A stretch of DNA of 62,019 nt, the filler included, from Thelocarpon superellum (lineage: Eukaryota), in the NCBI GenBank assembly GCA_026025795.1. It is 8 parts of 8 records of this genome, joined end to end, with 100 filler letters (N's around TTAATTAATTAA, not from the genome) between each part and the next. Parts side by side here need not be neighbours in the genome. Positions count along the whole stretch, not along the records: positions 54,400 to 62,019 come from JAPEUG010000629.1; 7 more parts are not named here. The stretch is one strand, 5' to 3'. Positions 60,012 to 62,019 of this stretch are shown here, piece by piece. The notes below the pieces were generated by a model that saw only the letters and a program-made list of their open reading frames with translations, ran no database searches and had not been told where the DNA came from. Made by a program: the position numbers and the translations under genes. The stretch's first letter is position 1, and the number at the start of each line of letters is the position of its first letter.

Positions 60012-62019
60012 CTAAAATTCAAACTCGCCCCGGAAAGACTCAACGTCCATGCCCGGCACCACCTTCTCCGCCAAATCGCGGCGCCCCATCTGCGAAAAGA
60101 CGCGGCGCAGGGTGTCGTAGAGATTGGTGCTCTGGTTCTGGCTGATGATGCGCTCGAGGTCGCCGTCGCTGATCCCGCCCGCGACCTGACGCGCGCGTTC
60201 TAGCCCCTCGCGCTCCACGACCCGGTGCATCGCCAGCGCCCCCAATAGGTGTTGTGCGGCTTCGCCGAAACAGCCAATGTTGATGCAGCTTACCCCCAGA
60301 TTGTACCGCGCCCGCACAAAGTTCGGGTTGAGCGTGAGCGCCTTGGCGTACGCCGTGATGGCTTCTTCGCTGCGGCCGGAGTTGGCCAGCGTGGCGCCCA
60401 GCCGGTTCCAGAGGAGGTGGACCTGTGATCGCTCGGTGGACGCGCCCGCCTCCGTCGACGCTAGCGCGGCTGAGAAGCAGTCGACCGCCTTGTCGTAGGC
60501 TTCGGCGCCGTAGAAGAGCACGCCCAGTCCAACTTGCACGTCTGGGTCCATGTGCTCGCCGTCTGGCGAGAGCTGGGCCGCGCGGATGAAGAGGTCCGTC
60601 ACGCGGTCGTGGAGCTGCGTGCGGTCGGTGAAGCCCACGTCTGCCGCCGGTTGGACGTCCGCGGGCGAGATGATCTGCGGATACTTGACCGAGAGCCATC
60701 GTTCGAGTGTCCGATAGGCCGTCGAGTCGTAGCCCTCGTTGGTGTAGGACACCGCCAGACCCATGAGCGCCTGGAGACTGTTCGGGTCCAGCGCCAGGGC
60801 CCGCTCCAGGGCGCGAATCGCCGGCGCCTCCTTTTCGTTCTGCGCCTGAGCCCCGCCGAGCATCACCCAGGCCTCGACATGCTCGGGTGCTTTCAGTACC
60901 GCCGCTTCAAAGGCGAGAGCCGCCAGCGACAGGTTGCCCCCTTCTTTCATGATGCGCACGCCCTCGCCAAAGGGGTCCTTGACGTCCTTGAACAGGTTTT
61001 CCTCCTCAAACATGTATTCTCCCATCTGCGGGTCATTGTCGAAGAGGCCGTGTGTGCCGACCCCCTCAAAGTCATCCCAGCCTCGGAGATCCTCAATGTT
61101 GAAGCCCTCGGGCATGAACGCTTCATCGGCATTCAGCTCTCTGGCGGCCGCATTCTCAGCCTGGATGCCGCGCCACAGGGACTCGAAATCCCCCATGTCG
61201 TTGGTCTCGGAGAGGACTGACCTGTCCAAATCATTGAGCTCCCGTTCCATGGCGGCGTTGGCCTCGACATCCACATCCTTGTCGCCTTCGGCGTCGATCT
61301 GGGCGAAGTGGGCCTCCCAGTTCTCGTCGTCTAGCTCGACCATGCGGCTTTTGCCCTTGCCCTCGGCCGCGCTCTGCACGGGCCCCTCAAACGAGGGCGA
61401 GAACTGGCTGGCACGGCCCACGCCCATTGCACCGACGCCCATGCCCATGCCCATTCCCATGCCATAGTTCATTCCCATCGGCCGCTGAAAGCCGTTCATG
61501 GACGACGGCGTCTGTGCGACAGGAGTCGAGGTGCGTTCCGAGCCGGTCCGGTTCATCTGGTTGAATCGCGCAAAGTCGGCGGGTGAAAAGGCGGTGTTGG
61601 TGGCCGACGGGAACGCGGCCTCTAATCGTGATTGTTGATCCATCGGTGGGTTGAATTCGGCCGACCACGCTGGCGAGCTGCTGTGCGTTCGCAGGGGTCG
61701 TGCCTGGAATTTCTCGAGCTCAAGTCGCATCTGCTCCATGGCGAAGGGGGGGATCCCGGCGTTTTGTGGTAACTGACCCGACTCTTGCAGGAAGTCATTC
61801 ATGGCCTGTACGATCGGTGCGGTCAGCGTCTCGCCCGATGAAGAGGGGGATGTCGCGCGGGTCCAGTCGTACGATTCAACGCACCTTATCTTGCCATCCC
61901 ACAGATCCGCCACTTCGGAGACCTTCTCGTGCCAGGCCCGGCCCTCTCCCCGCCAGCCGATCTCGCTGGAGCGATTGGTCTTCCTGCACATGTTTGGCGA
62001 ATTGACTGAGTGGGTTGCC
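60012..62019 (-). CDS. PEX5: Peroxisomal PTS1 receptor Pex5 (first codons outside window)
   Basis: GNPLSQFAKHVQEDQSLQRDRL, intron 61884-61806, WxxxF motifs (WSAEF, WEAHF), TPRs LAFEAAV, LAVSYTNEG, LWNRLGATLANSGRSEEAI, RARYNLGVSCINIG. Confidence 0.97.
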   Translation of the reverse strand, partial: ATHSVNSPNMCRKTNRSSEIGWRGEGRAWHEKVSEVADLWDGKIRCVESYDWTRATSPSSSGETLTAPIVQAMNDFLQESGQLPQNAGIPPFAMEQMRLELEKFQARPLRTHSSSPAWSAEFNPPMDQQSRLEAAFPSATNTAFSPADFARFNQMNRTGSERTSTPVAQTPSSMNGFQRPMGMNYGMGMGMGMGVGAMGVGRASQFSPSFEGPVQSAAEGKGKSRMVELDDENWEAHFAQIDAEGDKDVDVEANAAMERELNDLDRSVLSETNDMGDFESLWRGIQAENAAARELNADEAFMPEGFNIEDLRGWDDFEGVGTHGLFDNDPQMGEYMFEEENLFKDVKDPFGEGVRIMKEGGNLSLAALAFEAAVLKAPEHVEAWVMLGGAQAQNEKEAPAIRALERALALDPNSLQALMGLAVSYTNEGYDSTAYRTLERWLSVKYPQIISPADVQPAADVGFTDRTQLHDRVTDLFIRAAQLSPDGEHMDPDVQVGLGVLFYGAEAYDKAVDCFSAALASTEAGASTERSQVHLLWNRLGATLANSGRSEEAITAYAKALTLNPNFVRARYNLGVSCINIGCFGEAAQHLLGALAMHRVVEREGLERARQVAGGISDGDLERIISQNQSTNLYDTLRRVFSQMGRRDLAEKVVPGMDVESFRGEFEF

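Noticed and set aside
61806..61991. ORF-track N-terminus of Pex5 (MCRKTNR...)
   Set aside because: Wrong frame plus intron read-through; the true upstream exon reads GNPLSQFAKHVQED in another frame.
54400..62019. HACL1 + MBOAT + PEX5 as a peroxisomal lipid gene cluster
   Set aside because: No shared motifs, backbone enzyme or other sign of co-regulation; co-location of common genes is compatible with chance without synteny data.

Overview
GC-rich, intron-containing DNA from a filamentous ascomycete (Pezizomycotina-type genes, short GT-AG introns with CTRAY branch sites). The window is not one locus. It is eight unrelated contigs of about 7.6-7.7 kb, sorted by decreasing length and joined by artificial 100-nt N44-TTAATTAATTAA-N44 spacers, so adjacency across spacers means nothing. 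Most content is conserved housekeeping genes: CGI121 tail, SLX4, Vps70/Tre-type M28 peptidase, class-3 lipase, FHIP/RAI16, NC2-alpha, DUF2841 protein, Asterix, eIF1, EOS1, NOG1, URA5, MET13, PUP2, GLN4, an ICMT-like enzyme, a mitochondrial carrier, SCC2 start, RPA12, LIA1, DIB1, URB1, mS38/COX24, group II G-alpha, SPE3, HACL1, an MBOAT, PEX5. The standout is a tRNA-Gln(CUG) gene at 42796-42930. Besides its normal 11-nt intron at 37/38, it carries a 52-nt insertion in the D-stem with all the hallmarks of a spliceosomal intron (GTACGT...GCTAAT...CAG); exact removal restores a perfect cloverleaf. Secondary points: a ~240-bp palindrome centred on TCACGTGA, an internally deleted phosphotransferase pseudogene, a structured 5'-leader intron at MET13 and a GC-AG intron in PUP2. 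All gene identities come from recognising motifs by eye; no database search was run.
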